A DNA stretch of 64,000 nucleotides from Lysobacterales bacterium (GTDB taxonomy: Bacteria > Pseudomonadota > Gammaproteobacteria > Xanthomonadales > SZUA-5), in contig JALHMH010000006.1 of NCBI GenBank assembly GCA_022844165.1, positions 97,676-161,675 on the forward strand, read 5' to 3'. Position numbers and translations under genes: made by a program. Under the pieces are notes generated by a model that worked only from the letters and a program-made list of their open reading frames with translations, did not search any database and had not been told where the DNA came from. This document shows, piece after piece, positions 41,799-52,867 of the stretch (positions are counted from its first letter, which is position 1; the number at the start of each line of letters is the position of its first letter).

Positions 41799-43493
41799 AT
41801 GCGGATTCTGTTTCTCGCCCCGATACTTCTCCTGCTATGTGCCTGTGATTCGGCGCCACCGGATGCGCCGGCGGCCGTAGACACGGCCGAAACTGACGTC
41901 GCCGTGCCGTTGCCGAGTACGGCGCCCGGCATCCGCGCCGAGGACTTGTCTGCGCACATCCAGACGTTGGCATCGGATGACTTTGCCGGTCGGCAGCCGG
42001 GCGGGCCAGGCGAGCGCAAGACGGTTGCTTATTTGACGCAAGAATTCAAACGCTTCGGCCTGACACCGGGCAACGGCAGTTCCTACCTGCAGCAGGTGCC
42101 GATGGTCGAAATCACCAGCGAGGCGACCGGTCCGGTGACGATCGCGATCGACGGTGGCGAGGATCTGGTGTTGGAAAACGGCAAGCGCATCGTCATCCAG
42201 ACGCTGCGCGAAGATCCGGAAGTCGCGGTGCGCGACAGCGGCTTGGTATTCGTCGGTTTCGGCGTCAACGCGCCGGAGTTGAACTGGAACGACTACGCTG
42301 GCCTGGATGTCAAGGGTAAGACCGTTGTGATGCTGGTCAACGATCCTGGATTTGAGACGGGGGATGAGACGTTGTTCGGTGGCAAAGCGATGACTTATTA
42401 CGGTCGCTGGACCTACAAGTACGAAGAGGCACTGCGGCAAGGCGCCTCAGCTGCGATCATCGTGCATGACACCGCCGGAGCGGCCTACGGTTGGGAAGTG
42501 GTGCAGAACAGTTTTGTGGGTGCCGAGTTCGATCTGCCGCACAAAGCGGGCGAACCGCAGCCGCTCGCGGTGCGCGGGTGGATGACCACCGAAGCCGCGA
42601 CAGAGTTGTTCCAACGCGTGGGCCGCGACTTCGCCGCCGAACGCATCGCGGCCAATACGCCTGGCTTTACCGGTTACGCGTTGCCCGCTCGCGCCAGCAT
42701 GGCTTTGACCAGTCGCGTGCGCCATGCAGAGTCGGCAAACGTTGTGGCTCTGGTCAAGGGCACGGAAACTCCGGATGAGGTGCTGATCTTCACGGCACAT
42801 TGGGATCACTTCGGGCGCAACTTCCAAAGCAAAGAAGACGGCATCTTCAACGGCGCCATCGACAACGCAACCGGCGTTGCAGCGCTGCTTGAGTTGGCCG
42901 AAGCGTTCGCGGCCGCGCCACCAAAGCGCTCGTTGATGTTCCTGGTTGTGACGCTCGAAGAGTCTGGCCTGCTTGGCTCGCGGCACTACACGGAGAGTCC
43001 GCTGGTGCCGCTCAACAAGACCGTCGCGACGATCAATATGGATGCGATTCAGGTCATCGGACGGACCCGCGATGTGGTGGTCATCGGGTATGGCAAGTCG
43101 AGCCTGGACGAAGTGCTGCGCGAGAAAGCTGCCGCGCAAGGCCGCGTGATCGTTCCGGAGCCGACGCCGGAAAATGGCTTCTACTATCGCTCGGATCACT
43201 TTAACTTCGCGCGAGTCGGCGTGCCTTCGCTGTATGCCAAGAATGGACACGACCATATCGAGAAAGGCGAAGCTTACGGCCGCAAAATCGCAGAGGACTA
43301 TGTGGCCAACGACTACCACAAGCCGTCGGACGAGTTCGATCCGAATTGGGACTTGTCCGGCAACGTCGAAGACGCGCAGTTGAACTTCGAAGTGGCCCGG
43401 CAAATCGCCAACGACGGCTCCTGGCCGACGTGGCCGGCCGACAGCGAGTTCAAGGCCGCGCGTGACGCCATGATGGTGCCGCAGACGCCCTAA
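41799..43493 (+). CDS. M28 family metallopeptidase lipoprotein with PA domain
   Basis: Lipobox LCAC, TAHWDHFG, NGAIDNATG, TLEESGLLGS, RSDHFNF, DYHKPSDE. Confidence 0.92.
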   Translation: MRILFLAPILLLLCACDSAPPDAPAAVDTAETDVAVPLPSTAPGIRAEDLSAHIQTLASDDFAGRQPGGPGERKTVAYLTQEFKRFGLTPGNGSSYLQQVPMVEITSEATGPVTIAIDGGEDLVLENGKRIVIQTLREDPEVAVRDSGLVFVGFGVNAPELNWNDYAGLDVKGKTVVMLVNDPGFETGDETLFGGKAMTYYGRWTYKYEEALRQGASAAIIVHDTAGAAYGWEVVQNSFVGAEFDLPHKAGEPQPLAVRGWMTTEAATELFQRVGRDFAAERIAANTPGFTGYALPARASMALTSRVRHAESANVVALVKGTETPDEVLIFTAHWDHFGRNFQSKEDGIFNGAIDNATGVAALLELAEAFAAAPPKRSLMFLVVTLEESGLLGSRHYTESPLVPLNKTVATINMDAIQVIGRTRDVVVIGYGKSSLDEVLREKAAAQGRVIVPEPTPENGFYYRSDHFNFARVGVPSLYAKNGHDHIEKGEAYGRKIAEDYVANDYHKPSDEFDPNWDLSGNVEDAQLNFEVARQIANDGSWPTWPADSEFKAARDAMMVPQTP

Positions 43494-45368
43494 GTGGACA
43501 ACAAACGTTCTGCGCGCAAACCCACGGCGATCGCCGCCGCAGCGGTGGCGCTGTCGGCGCTGTGCCTTGCGGTCTGGCACGGCTGGACCATCCTTGCCGC
43601 GCCAGTGGTCTTCAGCGACATCCCCTACACGGGTGCCAGCGCCTGCCAGGACTGCCACACCGACCGGCACCAGAGCTGGCATCGCACCTACCATCGCACG
43701 ATGACCCAACCGGCGAGTGCGACGAGCGTCGTCGGCAATTTCGACGGTACGCTGCAGCGCGCGTTCGGCGGCCAGATGCGTCCGATCCGCCAAGGCGATC
43801 AGTTCGCGTTCGAGTACTCCGATCCGGCCAGCGGAGCGGTGCTTGCCACACTGCCAATCGCGCGCACCGTGGGCTCGCACCGATACCAGCAGTATCTAAC
43901 GCGCGACCCTGGCAGCGAAACGCACTATCGGCTGCATTACCTGTACCACATGGGTGACAAACGCTGGGTCCACATGAACGCGGCATTCCTCGGCAGCGAC
44001 GAGCAACACTTCGACGCGCAAGTAACGCCATGGAATGCCAACTGCGTGTTCTGCCACAACACCGGGCCAGCACCCAAAGCGCTCAACATGGACGATATTC
44101 GCCGCCGCGCCGCCGCTGGCGAACCGGTCGACGTGAAGACCGAATTGCGTTTCGCCACCGAAGTTGCCGAACTGGGTATCAGCTGCGAGGCGTGCCATGG
44201 CCCAGGTGCCGAACACGTGCAGCGCATGTCGCAGTGGTTGCCGAACATGGCGGCGAAAATCTGGCCCGAGCGCGACCGCAGTATCGTCAACCCAGAGCGT
44301 CTGACGCCAGTGCAGATCAATGACGGCTGCGGCCTATGCCACGCCGGGCGCACCTTGCCTTCGAGCGCTGCGCTTGATCGCTGGCTGACGACCGGCCCCA
44401 GCTTTCGGCCGGGCGACGCGTTGGCCGATCACTTGACCATCCTCGCAGCACATACACCATCGCCATCGCCATCAGTGCCGGACTTGTTTCGCGATCGCTT
44501 TTGGCAGGACGGTTCGCCGCGGTTGACTGCGTACGAGTACCAGGGGCAAGGACAAAGCGCGTGCGCCATTGAGGGCGAGCTCCATTGCATCACATGCCAT
44601 ACCATGCACGGCGGCGATCCCGCCGGCATGTTGCCCGAGGCGAACCGTGGCGATGCGCCTTGCCTGCGTTGTCATCAGGACTATCGCGGGCGCATCGCAG
44701 AACACTCGGGACATCCAGCTGAATCGAGTGGCGCCCGCTGCATGGCGTGCCACATGCCGCGCGCCGTGTACGGCGTGATGACCATCCACCGCACGCACGC
44801 CATTGCTGTACCAGACGTCGCCAAGGACCTGGCCGCCGGCAAGCCGAATGCGTGTTTGAACTGCCATAGCGAAGAAGCCCCGACATTTGCCGGCGACGCG
44901 CCGTCGCGCCAGGACGGGGCGCCGCTGGCGTTAGCCGACGGTCTGGTCGCGCTGCTGGCCGGCGATCCCGTGCGACAAGCCGTTGCCGCATTCGAACTCG
45001 GGCGGCTGGACCAGGCGCCGCACCCGGATGTCGTGCGTGTGCGCACGCCGTGGCTGCTCACCGCACTTGACGATGATCGGCCCGCCGTACGCCGCTTCGC
45101 GTGGCACTCGCTGCGCGGAATCAATGCCGGGCAACGTTGGTTCGATGAAGCCGCACTGCAAGGTTTCGATTACACCGGCGCACCGGATGGGCGCGCCACC
45201 ACCATCGCGCAACTGCACGCCCAATTTGCCGCCGTCGACAAACAGCATTGGGCACCGCCGAGCGCCGCCAGCGGACTCGCCGTCGACTACACACTGCAAC
45301 CGTCAGTGCGGGAACTGCTCACCGAGCTTGGTGCGCGGTCCGATAAGCAGATTGATGTGGGGGAGTAG
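43494..45368 (+). CDS. Membrane-anchored octaheme cytochrome c with C-terminal HEAT-like helices
   Basis: Eight CxxCH motifs (CQDCH, CVFCH, CEACH, CGLCH, CITCH, CLRCH, CMACH, CLNCH). GTG start abuts the M28 stop. Confidence 0.85.
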   Translation: MDNKRSARKPTAIAAAAVALSALCLAVWHGWTILAAPVVFSDIPYTGASACQDCHTDRHQSWHRTYHRTMTQPASATSVVGNFDGTLQRAFGGQMRPIRQGDQFAFEYSDPASGAVLATLPIARTVGSHRYQQYLTRDPGSETHYRLHYLYHMGDKRWVHMNAAFLGSDEQHFDAQVTPWNANCVFCHNTGPAPKALNMDDIRRRAAAGEPVDVKTELRFATEVAELGISCEACHGPGAEHVQRMSQWLPNMAAKIWPERDRSIVNPERLTPVQINDGCGLCHAGRTLPSSAALDRWLTTGPSFRPGDALADHLTILAAHTPSPSPSVPDLFRDRFWQDGSPRLTAYEYQGQGQSACAIEGELHCITCHTMHGGDPAGMLPEANRGDAPCLRCHQDYRGRIAEHSGHPAESSGARCMACHMPRAVYGVMTIHRTHAIAVPDVAKDLAAGKPNACLNCHSEEAPTFAGDAPSRQDGAPLALADGLVALLAGDPVRQAVAAFELGRLDQAPHPDVVRVRTPWLLTALDDDRPAVRRFAWHSLRGINAGQRWFDEAALQGFDYTGAPDGRATTIAQLHAQFAAVDKQHWAPPSAASGLAVDYTLQPSVRELLTELGARSDKQIDVGE

Positions 45369-45536
45369 TTGCCGGCTGGAGTGAACCCCATTGAACGTTG
45401 CGAACTTGTCTCCGGCCTGAAGACGAAAGCGCTTGGCGATCGCAGGGACGGCGGGTCATCTGCCGCTCGGCACGTTCGACCGCGCAGTGACGTAAAATGC
45501 GGCGGACCGCATCCTTGCAACAAACTTGGACCCTGG

Positions 45537-46061
45537 ATGAAACAGACCCTGATCCCGGCGCTCGCCATGGCCGTCGTTGTGACGTTGAGTGCCTGCCAAC
45601 CTGGCGAACCCGATACCTCAGTGGCACCTCCGGTTGCCACCGCGCCCGCAACGCCTCCAGATCCCGAGCCCGTCACCCCGCCCGCACCTGCACCTGTGCC
45701 CGTACCCGTACCTGAGGAAAACACCAAGATGATCACCACCGCCAGCGGCCTGAAGTACGAGATCCTGACCGAGGGCACCGGCCCCAAACCCGGACCCGCG
45801 GACAAGGTGACCGTGCATTACAAGGGCACCCTGACCGACGGCAAGGTCTTCGACAGTTCCTATGCCCGCGGCGAACCAATCAGCTTCGGGCTGAATCAGG
45901 TGATCGCCGGTTGGACCGAAGGCCTGCAGCTGATGTCCGTGGGTTCCAAATACCGCCTGACGATTCCCGCGAACCTGGGCTACGGCGCTGCCGGTGCCGG
46001 CGGCGTGATTCCGCCGAACGCGACGCTGATCTTTGAAGTGGAGCTGTTGAAGATCAACTGA
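45537..46061 (+). CDS. FKBP-type peptidyl-prolyl isomerase lipoprotein
   Basis: Lipobox [40 protein letters not shown]. Confidence 0.93.
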   Translation: MKQTLIPALAMAVVVTLSACQPGEPDTSVAPPVATAPATPPDPEPVTPPAPAPVPVPVPEENTKMITTASGLKYEILTEGTGPKPGPADKVTVHYKGTLTDGKVFDSSYARGEPISFGLNQVIAGWTEGLQLMSVGSKYRLTIPANLGYGAAGAGGVIPPNATLIFEVELLKIN

Positions 46062-46230
46062 CCCAGACACGCCCCATCATCGCGCGCGTCGCAGGCCGAT
46101 ATCGACGCTCGCCTTGTATCACCAAAGCCTTGCGTGTTCGTTCGATTGCCTGGCTCGCACTGCTTCGCAGCGAGCCATAACCCAGGTTTTCAAAGGACAC
46201 AGGCCGGGCAAGGCTCGCCGTTGGCCATGA

Positions 46231-46659
46231 TCAGCGGACGGGTGCGTTCTCGCTCGAACTGGTGTTCGACCCTGTCGGAAGGGTGTACTCAAAATCGTAG
46301 AAGTGCACGCCGTCCTCGATACGGATTCCCATATGTCCGCGAAGACCAAGGAGCTCGCCATCGGCGGAATCGGGGATCACATCGATTGTCAGCTGACGCG
46401 TCGTTCCCCACATCAGACCGCTATGTTGCAACATGAAGCTGCCGCTGCGACCGTCCAGCGTACCGCTGACGCGTTCTAGAGCGACATATCCTGCGGAACC
46501 TTCGGTGGTCGTCCGATGCGCCGTCATCCATCCCTGGGCACTGGCGGTCAGCTGCCCCTCGTAGCGCTTGTCAAGCAGGAACTGGCCAATGCCTCCGATG
46601 CCGGTGTCGTGCTGCACTGGCGTGATGGTGACTTCAAAGCGGCCGCTGATCGTGTTCAT
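46231..46659 (-). CDS. DUF3224-family protein
   Basis: GSAGYVALERVSGTLDGRSGSFMLQH. AGGAG RBS. Confidence 0.82.
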   Translation of the reverse strand: MNTISGRFEVTITPVQHDTGIGGIGQFLLDKRYEGQLTASAQGWMTAHRTTTEGSAGYVALERVSGTLDGRSGSFMLQHSGLMWGTTRQLTIDVIPDSADGELLGLRGHMGIRIEDGVHFYDFEYTLPTGSNTSSSENAPVR

Positions 46660-46845
46660 CTGTGCTCCTTTGGCACTTGGATTTAGTAAAGTTGCCGGTG
46701 ACGGCCCGGAAACCGCGAGGCACAACGAGAGAAACACAATGGCTGGTGCGATACCGGCACCTTGGTGATGATCAGATTGGGCCATGTTGATTGCATCGTG
46801 GGAAAAGTGAGTTGGCAGACTCGACGAGGTTATTCAAGCAAAATC

Positions 46846-47769
46846 ATGAGGCCAGGGCTTGAACAAACGCGACCGGGCGCCGGCCACCTTCGTGCCGTGC
46901 GCGGCGTTGCCACACCGCTGCCACCGGGCGAGTTCGAACATGTCCGGCGCGCTCCTTTGTCCTCGCTACGACCCTATGTTGAGCACTTGTGGAGCGTACG
47001 TTGGCAACGACCGGCACACGTGTCGCAGCTCGTCGCGACGGTGCCGCACCCTTGTGTTCACTGGACCTTTGAGGCGGGCAGCAGCACGCTTACCGGTCCG
47101 CACACGCGACTATGGCAACGTCTTCTGTCGCCCGAAGGCGAGGTGCTCGGCATCAAGTTTCGCCCAGAGGGTTTCCGGGCACTTTGGGGCGCACCGATCT
47201 GCGGTCTGCGCGACCAGATCCTGAGTGCATCGCGTCTGCCGGCGCTTGGATTCGCCCACGGCCTCGGTGAGCGCTTGTTTGCCAAGTTGGCACAGGAGAA
47301 ACTCGATGCCCGTTTTGACGAGATCGAGCGAGTTTTGTGCACTGCATTCGCCCTACCCAACGGCGAACAGCTTGACGTTGCTGCGCTGGTCGACGCCGCT
47401 CGCGATGACCGCGACTTGTTGCGTGCCGATGCGTGGGCGCGCCGGGCGGGGCTCACGTTGCGTCAGCTGCAGCGGCTGCTGGCGAATTGGATAGGCGTGA
47501 GCCCCAAGTGGATTCTCGGTCGCTATCGCCTGCACGAGACGCTGCACCGTTTGCAGCAGCGGCCGATCCCGCGCCTGGCTGACCTTGCTGCCGATACCGG
47601 CTTCGCTGATGCGGCCCATTTCAGCCGCAGCTTTCGCTGCGTGCTCGGCGTGTGTCCGAAGCAATATGTGCGGCTATGGGATCAGCAAGTCTCTCAGCGG
47701 TCGGGACTTGCGGAGAGTAGAGCTGTCGTACGCGCCATTCGACGCCGGCCGGATTTGATCGACTCTTGA
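46846..47769 (+). CDS. AraC-family regulator (DUF6597-like N-terminus)
   Basis: LGIKFRPEG, GLTLRQLQRLL..GVSPK, LADLAADTGFADAAHFSRSF. Divergent from the DUF3224 gene. Confidence 0.88.
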   Translation: MRPGLEQTRPGAGHLRAVRGVATPLPPGEFEHVRRAPLSSLRPYVEHLWSVRWQRPAHVSQLVATVPHPCVHWTFEAGSSTLTGPHTRLWQRLLSPEGEVLGIKFRPEGFRALWGAPICGLRDQILSASRLPALGFAHGLGERLFAKLAQEKLDARFDEIERVLCTAFALPNGEQLDVAALVDAARDDRDLLRADAWARRAGLTLRQLQRLLANWIGVSPKWILGRYRLHETLHRLQQRPIPRLADLAADTGFADAAHFSRSFRCVLGVCPKQYVRLWDQQVSQRSGLAESRAVVRAIRRRPDLIDS

Positions 47770-47860
47770 GCCGCATCACGAGTGAAAAGTGGGGCGCGCA
47801 TATGTCGACGCCCTCAAGCTGCGATTCGCTTGATTCCCAGAGAACAAGAAGGATGTCCCC

Positions 47861-48031
47861 ATGAAATTGCTCCGTAGGTTGATTGCCGCACTGTTGCTCA
47901 CGTCTGCCGTTTCCCCCGCGTTCGGCAGCGACTGGTATGTCTGGGACGATGGCATGGGCCACACATTGTGGTGTCAGGCCAGCACAGGCATTTGCATCGA
48001 ACTGGACAGCGTGCCACCCATCGATCCGTAA
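47861..48031 (+). CDS. Small secreted protein, 56 aa (not in the ORF track)
   Basis: AGAAGGA RBS. MKLLRRLIAALLLTSAVSPAFG|SDWYVWDDGMGHTLWCQASTGICIELDSVPPIDP, with a classic Sec signal peptide. Confidence 0.6.
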   Translation: MKLLRRLIAALLLTSAVSPAFGSDWYVWDDGMGHTLWCQASTGICIELDSVPPIDP

Positions 48032-48091
48032 GCTCGCCTGCGACAACCGCTGCGGCGCAATGCGCCACAGCGACGGTGCCCGCCAGATCGA

Positions 48092-49408
48092 TCAGTTCAG
48101 GCGAAACACCGATGCAGACTGATACCGTGGAATCACCAGCCTCAAGATCACGGTGCGATGCGGCGCAAAGTAGCGCGGTAGTTCGGCATTGGCGATCAGC
48201 AGCTCACCCGTGCTGTCGTTTGCCGTGCCCAGATAACCAACCGGCTGCCTGCCTTCTTTGAACTCGGGTGTTGCGGCGACGCTGACATACAACTGCGGGA
48301 TTTGCGGTCGTAGCCGATCGAGCTGATCGATGTCCAGGTATAACGACCGCCACGAGGTGTTGACTTGATAGGCGTGCACATCGCTGACGACCTTCTCGAA
48401 GAAGCGCTGCTCGAAACGCGCATCGCTTCCGACCGGTTTGCGGTAGAACTCGAGGAAGTAATCGTCGACGTCGTGACCGAGGTGATCGGTCAGGTGTATC
48501 ACGGTGTTCTGCATGCGTTCGGTGGTGGCTGCCGGTGCCACACCATCGACGTCTCGTTGCCAGGGGAATTGACCGGAGGCATCCGGTACGTAGTCGGCGT
48601 CGGTGACGCGCAGCGCTTGCAGCAGCAGCTGGTCGCGGACCGCAAAATGCGGCTTGTTGCCGCGATCGACGATAGATCCATGGTCGTGCCTTGCGAGCAT
48701 GCCGAAAGCGATCTCGCCTTGTGTGGCAACCAGATGCGGACCACGTTGTGTGCTGCCGGGCTGGCTTCCGAGCGCCACGTCGATACGCAGTGCGTTGAGA
48801 TTGGCGGTACTCCAGCGTACGGTTCCGTCCGACCCGCGCTCGTTGGCAATCGCGCGTATGCCAGAGTATCCCTCGTCGCCCACCAGCACTGTCGCCAGTA
48901 CGGCGCCAGCGCCATACCACCGTGCGGCAGGATCGAAGAGGTCGCGGTCAGCGAGTGCAGCCGTATAGGGCGAAGCGATTTCGAGCGAGCGCAGTACCTT
49001 CGTTCCCGTCTGAAAACCCGAACCCCAACCTTTGACCGCGCGGCCGATGAAACTGCGTCCTTTGTGCGCCAACCCAGACCCAAAGTTGGCAGGCGCCAAC
49101 ATCACAAAACGTTTGATGGGAACCGTAGCGGGCGTGAAGTAGCGCGTCATCCATTCGCGGACGACCAAGGCGCCAGTGCTGTGAACGATCACATCGTGAG
49201 CGTGGGCCGAAAACGACAAACCACTCGCCGCCCATGCGCTCTGCATGGCTTCGGCAATATCCGGCAAAGTGACGTCGTCCTGTAACGACAACCAATCGCC
49301 GAGGCGGATCTGCACCGGCGGCGTGCCCAAACCGTTCCGCACGATCGACGCCAGCGGCTCGAAGGAACTTGCCGTATCGCTCCAGCCATGAATGATGACA
49401 ATTGCCAT
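48092..49408 (-). CDS. Alpha/beta-hydrolase (lipase/esterase-like)
   Basis: IVIIHGWSD, nucleophile elbow VHSTGALV, MLAPANFGS, SDGTV. Confidence 0.8.
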   Translation of the reverse strand: MAIVIIHGWSDTASSFEPLASIVRNGLGTPPVQIRLGDWLSLQDDVTLPDIAEAMQSAWAASGLSFSAHAHDVIVHSTGALVVREWMTRYFTPATVPIKRFVMLAPANFGSGLAHKGRSFIGRAVKGWGSGFQTGTKVLRSLEIASPYTAALADRDLFDPAARWYGAGAVLATVLVGDEGYSGIRAIANERGSDGTVRWSTANLNALRIDVALGSQPGSTQRGPHLVATQGEIAFGMLARHDHGSIVDRGNKPHFAVRDQLLLQALRVTDADYVPDASGQFPWQRDVDGVAPAATTERMQNTVIHLTDHLGHDVDDYFLEFYRKPVGSDARFEQRFFEKVVSDVHAYQVNTSWRSLYLDIDQLDRLRPQIPQLYVSVAATPEFKEGRQPVGYLGTANDSTGELLIANAELPRYFAPHRTVILRLVIPRYQSASVFRLN

Positions 49409-49558
49409 GGGATCGCTCCGACCTAGGTGTCGTGGATAAGGACATTGCCAAGCGAAGTTTGTCGCAGCGATTGTGCAATGCGCGCAGAATTCAAGTGACC
49501 ATCTGATGCACCGCCTCGACAAGCGGTTAGCCCAATATCCTACGCAACGGAGTCAACC

Positions 49559-50419
49559 ATGATGGCGGCGTTCGACACCAATCGTGATACGCGAGCGTTC
49601 ATACCCTGGCTGTCATCGCAGGGGTTCAAACTTGCGCTGCGGTACTACACCGCGCTGCCATCAAAGAAGCGTCTGTCGCGCGCCGAAGCACAAGCGTTGG
49701 TGCGCGCTGGTTTTGCCTTGGGCGCGGTCTATCAGGACAGGGGCACTCAAGCGGCGCACTTTGGCCTCGACCAGGGGCGTACGGCTGGCGCCAACGCACT
49801 GCGCTACGCACGCGAGGAAATCCACCAGCCGCGCGATTCTGGCATCTACTTCAGTATCGATTTCGACGTGTCGAAAGCGGAGCTCAAGGACCGCATCGTG
49901 CCGCATTTTCGTGCGCTTCGCGAAGCGCTTACCGAGACCGGGCAGCAGCGACCAGGCTATCGCATCGGTGCCTATGGTTCTGGCCTGGCGTTGAAAACGC
50001 TGCTGGACGCCGGGCTCATCGAGCTGGCGTGGTTGTCGATGTCCATGGGTTTTCGGGAAAGCAAGGCGTTCTTTCGATCCAATCGCTGGAATCTCCACCA
50101 GAAGCTGGAGGTGAAAAACGTTGCGACGCCAGCCGGCAAATTCAGCTACGACCCCAATGAAGTGAGCAGCGCCGGTGCCGGCGAGTTCAGCATCGAACTG
50201 CCGCCGGCGCCAATGGCGCGCGCCCGGGTGAACGCGCGCAGCGGCCTGCTGTTACGTGCCGGTCCGGGCAGAGAGTTCGACAAGCTCGCCAGTCTGGCGC
50301 TGGGCACGGCGGTTTATGTGCTTGGCTACGATGACGACTGGGCAAAGGTCGATCTGCAAGGCGATGGGGTTGTCGACGGCTTCTGCCATGCGGGATTTCT
50401 CGCGGTGGAGGCGCCATAG
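49559..50419 (+). CDS. DUF1906 (GH25-like) putative peptidoglycan hydrolase with C-terminal SH3b domain
   Basis: ALRYY..KRLSRAEA, IYFSIDFD, YRIGAYGSG, then VNARSGLLLRAGPG..WAKVD..DGFCH. Confidence 0.8.
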   Translation: MMAAFDTNRDTRAFIPWLSSQGFKLALRYYTALPSKKRLSRAEAQALVRAGFALGAVYQDRGTQAAHFGLDQGRTAGANALRYAREEIHQPRDSGIYFSIDFDVSKAELKDRIVPHFRALREALTETGQQRPGYRIGAYGSGLALKTLLDAGLIELAWLSMSMGFRESKAFFRSNRWNLHQKLEVKNVATPAGKFSYDPNEVSSAGAGEFSIELPPAPMARARVNARSGLLLRAGPGREFDKLASLALGTAVYVLGYDDDWAKVDLQGDGVVDGFCHAGFLAVEAP

Positions 50420-50730
50420 GGGAGCATTGCGACGTGCTGGCGGCTTTGGCTTTTGCAGCCGCGGCTGCGCCGCTGGACAACGCCGCGATGGGCGATGCCA
50501 AAGGCCTCGAATGCATCGAGACTTATGCAAGCAGACAGATCCGCCTTTGTGGAAATTTGACCCAATTGTCCAGATCCCGCTGCGTCAGAGACGCCAGACA
50601 AGGCGCCGATTGCGGCAAAACAATCACAACGAGCTTCACATCCCCCACCCCATCCGTATACTCGCGCCGCCTTTTCAGGCGCGTTTTGGCGCGCCTGCCT
50701 TGAGTCCCATTCACGATACGGGGAAGCTAC

Positions 50731-52794
50731 ATGGTAGAGCAGTATGGAATTTGGATCGCGCTCGGCTGCGCCGTCGTGGCGGTGCTGTACGGCATCGTTT
50801 CGACGCAGTGGATTCTGAAACAGCCAGCCGGCAACGCACGGATGCAAGAAATCGCAGCCGCCATTCAAGAAGGCGCGAGCGCTTATTTGAATCGCCAGTA
50901 CACCACCATCGGCATTGTCGGTGCCGTGCTGTTGGTTGTCATCGGCTTCGCCCTCAGTTGGACCACAGCGATCGGTTTTGCGATTGGCGCGATCCTCTCC
51001 GGGCTTGCCGGTTATATCGGCATGTTCGTTTCGGTACGCGCCAATGTGCGCACCACTGAGGCTGCGCGCAGCGGCATCAATGCGGCGCTGGCCGTGGCTT
51101 TCCGCGGCGGTGCGATCACCGGCATGCTGGTCGTCGGCTTGGGCATGATCGGCGTGGCCGGCTTCTATCAGGTGCTGTTGGCGCAAGAAATGCCGATTCA
51201 GGATGTCTTGAACGCGCTGGTGGGCCTCGCCTTTGGTTCGTCGCTGATCTCGATCTTCGCGCGACTGGGCGGCGGTATCTTCACCAAGGGCGCTGACGTG
51301 GGCGCCGATTTGGTTGGCAAGGTGGAAGCTGGCATTCCCGAAGACGATCCGCGTAACCCGGCGGTGATCGCCGATAACGTCGGCGACAATGTGGGTGATT
51401 GCGCCGGCATGGCGGCGGATCTGTTCGAAACTTATGCGGTGACGATCATCGCCACGATGCTGGTCGGCTTCATCTTCGCCGCGCAAGCGGGCACCAATGC
51501 GCTGCTTTATCCGCTGGTCATCGGTGGCGTATCAATCCTCGCCTCGATCGTCGGCACGTTCTTTGTCAAGGCGAACGACGGCAAAATCATGGCCGCGCTG
51601 TACCGCGGTACCGCCGTGTCCGGCGTGCTCGCCGCGATTGCCTTTTATCCGATCACCACCGCGCTGTTTCCGGCTGAAGCCACCGCGCTACCGGATGGCA
51701 CGATGACGCTCACTGCGATGCAGATTTACGGCTGCGCGCTCGTTGGTCTGGTGCTGACCGGCGCCATGATGTGGATCACAGAGTACTACACCGGCACGGA
51801 ATACAAGCCGGTGCGTGGCGTGGCGCAAGCCTCAACGACGGGCCATGGCACGAACATCATTGCCGGTCTTGCCGTATCGATGCGCGCTTGTTGGATGCCC
51901 GTGCTGTCGGTCTGCGCCGCGATCTACGTGACACACGAACTGGCAGGTTTGTATGGTGTGGCGATTGCTGCCACGGCGATGTTGTCGATGGCCGGCATGA
52001 TCGTCGCGCTTGATGCCTACGGCCCGATCACAGACAACGGCGGCGGTATCGCTGAAATGGCGGAATTGGGCAAAGACGTGCGCAACGTGACCGATCCGCT
52101 GGATGCGGTGGGCAACACCACCAAGGCGGTCACCAAGGGTTATGCGATCGGCTCGGCCGGTTTGGCCGCACTGGTGCTGTTCGCCGACTACACGCACAAG
52201 CTTGAGATTTACGGCATGGAAGGCGTCAAGTTTGACCTCGCCGACCCGCTCGTACTGATTGGTCTGCTGATCGGTGGCCTGATCCCGTACTTGTTCGGCG
52301 CGATGGCGATGGAAGCTGTCGGCCGCGCCGCGGGTTCCGTGGTCGAAGAAGTGCGCCGCCAGTTCCGCGAGATCAAGGGAATCATGGAAGGTACTGGCAA
52401 GCCCCAGTACGACAAAGCCGTGGACATGCTCACGCGCGCAGCGATCAAGGAAATGATCGTGCCCTCGCTGCTGCCGGTTGCGGCGCCGATCGTCGTCGGG
52501 CTGTTGCTTGGGCCGGCCGCGCTCGGCGGTTTGTTGGTAGGCACCATCGTCACCGGCCTGTTCGTGGCCATTTCGATGACCACCGGCGGCGGCGCCTGGG
52601 ATAATGCCAAGAAGTACATCGAAGACGGCCATCACGGCGGCAAGGGTTCTGAAGCCCACAAAGCAGCCGTGACTGGCGACACCGTTGGCGATCCGTACAA
52701 GGACACCGCGGGCCCGGCGATTAATCCACTGATCAAGATCATCAACATTGTGGCGCTCTTGATCGTGCCGCTGATCGCCAAGTTCCACAGCTGA
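50731..52794 (+). CDS. hppA: Membrane-bound H+-translocating pyrophosphatase, K+-independent type
   Basis: [47 protein letters not shown]. The Lys in GNTTKA indicates the K+-independent type. Confidence 0.95.
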   Translation: MVEQYGIWIALGCAVVAVLYGIVSTQWILKQPAGNARMQEIAAAIQEGASAYLNRQYTTIGIVGAVLLVVIGFALSWTTAIGFAIGAILSGLAGYIGMFVSVRANVRTTEAARSGINAALAVAFRGGAITGMLVVGLGMIGVAGFYQVLLAQEMPIQDVLNALVGLAFGSSLISIFARLGGGIFTKGADVGADLVGKVEAGIPEDDPRNPAVIADNVGDNVGDCAGMAADLFETYAVTIIATMLVGFIFAAQAGTNALLYPLVIGGVSILASIVGTFFVKANDGKIMAALYRGTAVSGVLAAIAFYPITTALFPAEATALPDGTMTLTAMQIYGCALVGLVLTGAMMWITEYYTGTEYKPVRGVAQASTTGHGTNIIAGLAVSMRACWMPVLSVCAAIYVTHELAGLYGVAIAATAMLSMAGMIVALDAYGPITDNGGGIAEMAELGKDVRNVTDPLDAVGNTTKAVTKGYAIGSAGLAALVLFADYTHKLEIYGMEGVKFDLADPLVLIGLLIGGLIPYLFGAMAMEAVGRAAGSVVEEVRRQFREIKGIMEGTGKPQYDKAVDMLTRAAIKEMIVPSLLPVAAPIVVGLLLGPAALGGLLVGTIVTGLFVAISMTTGGGAWDNAKKYIEDGHHGGKGSEAHKAAVTGDTVGDPYKDTAGPAINPLIKIINIVALLIVPLIAKFHS

Positions 52795-52819
52795 TCTGTC
52801 CGTCATTCGACAGCGAAAG

Positions 52820-52843
52820 AACCCCGCTCCGGCGGGGTTTTTT
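52820..52843 (+). terminator. Rho-independent terminator after hppA
   Basis: AACCCCGC-TCCG-GCGGGGTT followed by TTTT. Confidence 0.85.
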
Positions 52844-52867
52844 CTGCGCCCCTGCGGCTCCTTTCGG

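Noticed and set aside
50434-50703. 89-aa ORF with an Ala-rich start and several Cys residues
   Set aside because: Weak signal peptide, and it runs into the hppA promoter region. It may be a remnant but is unsupported.
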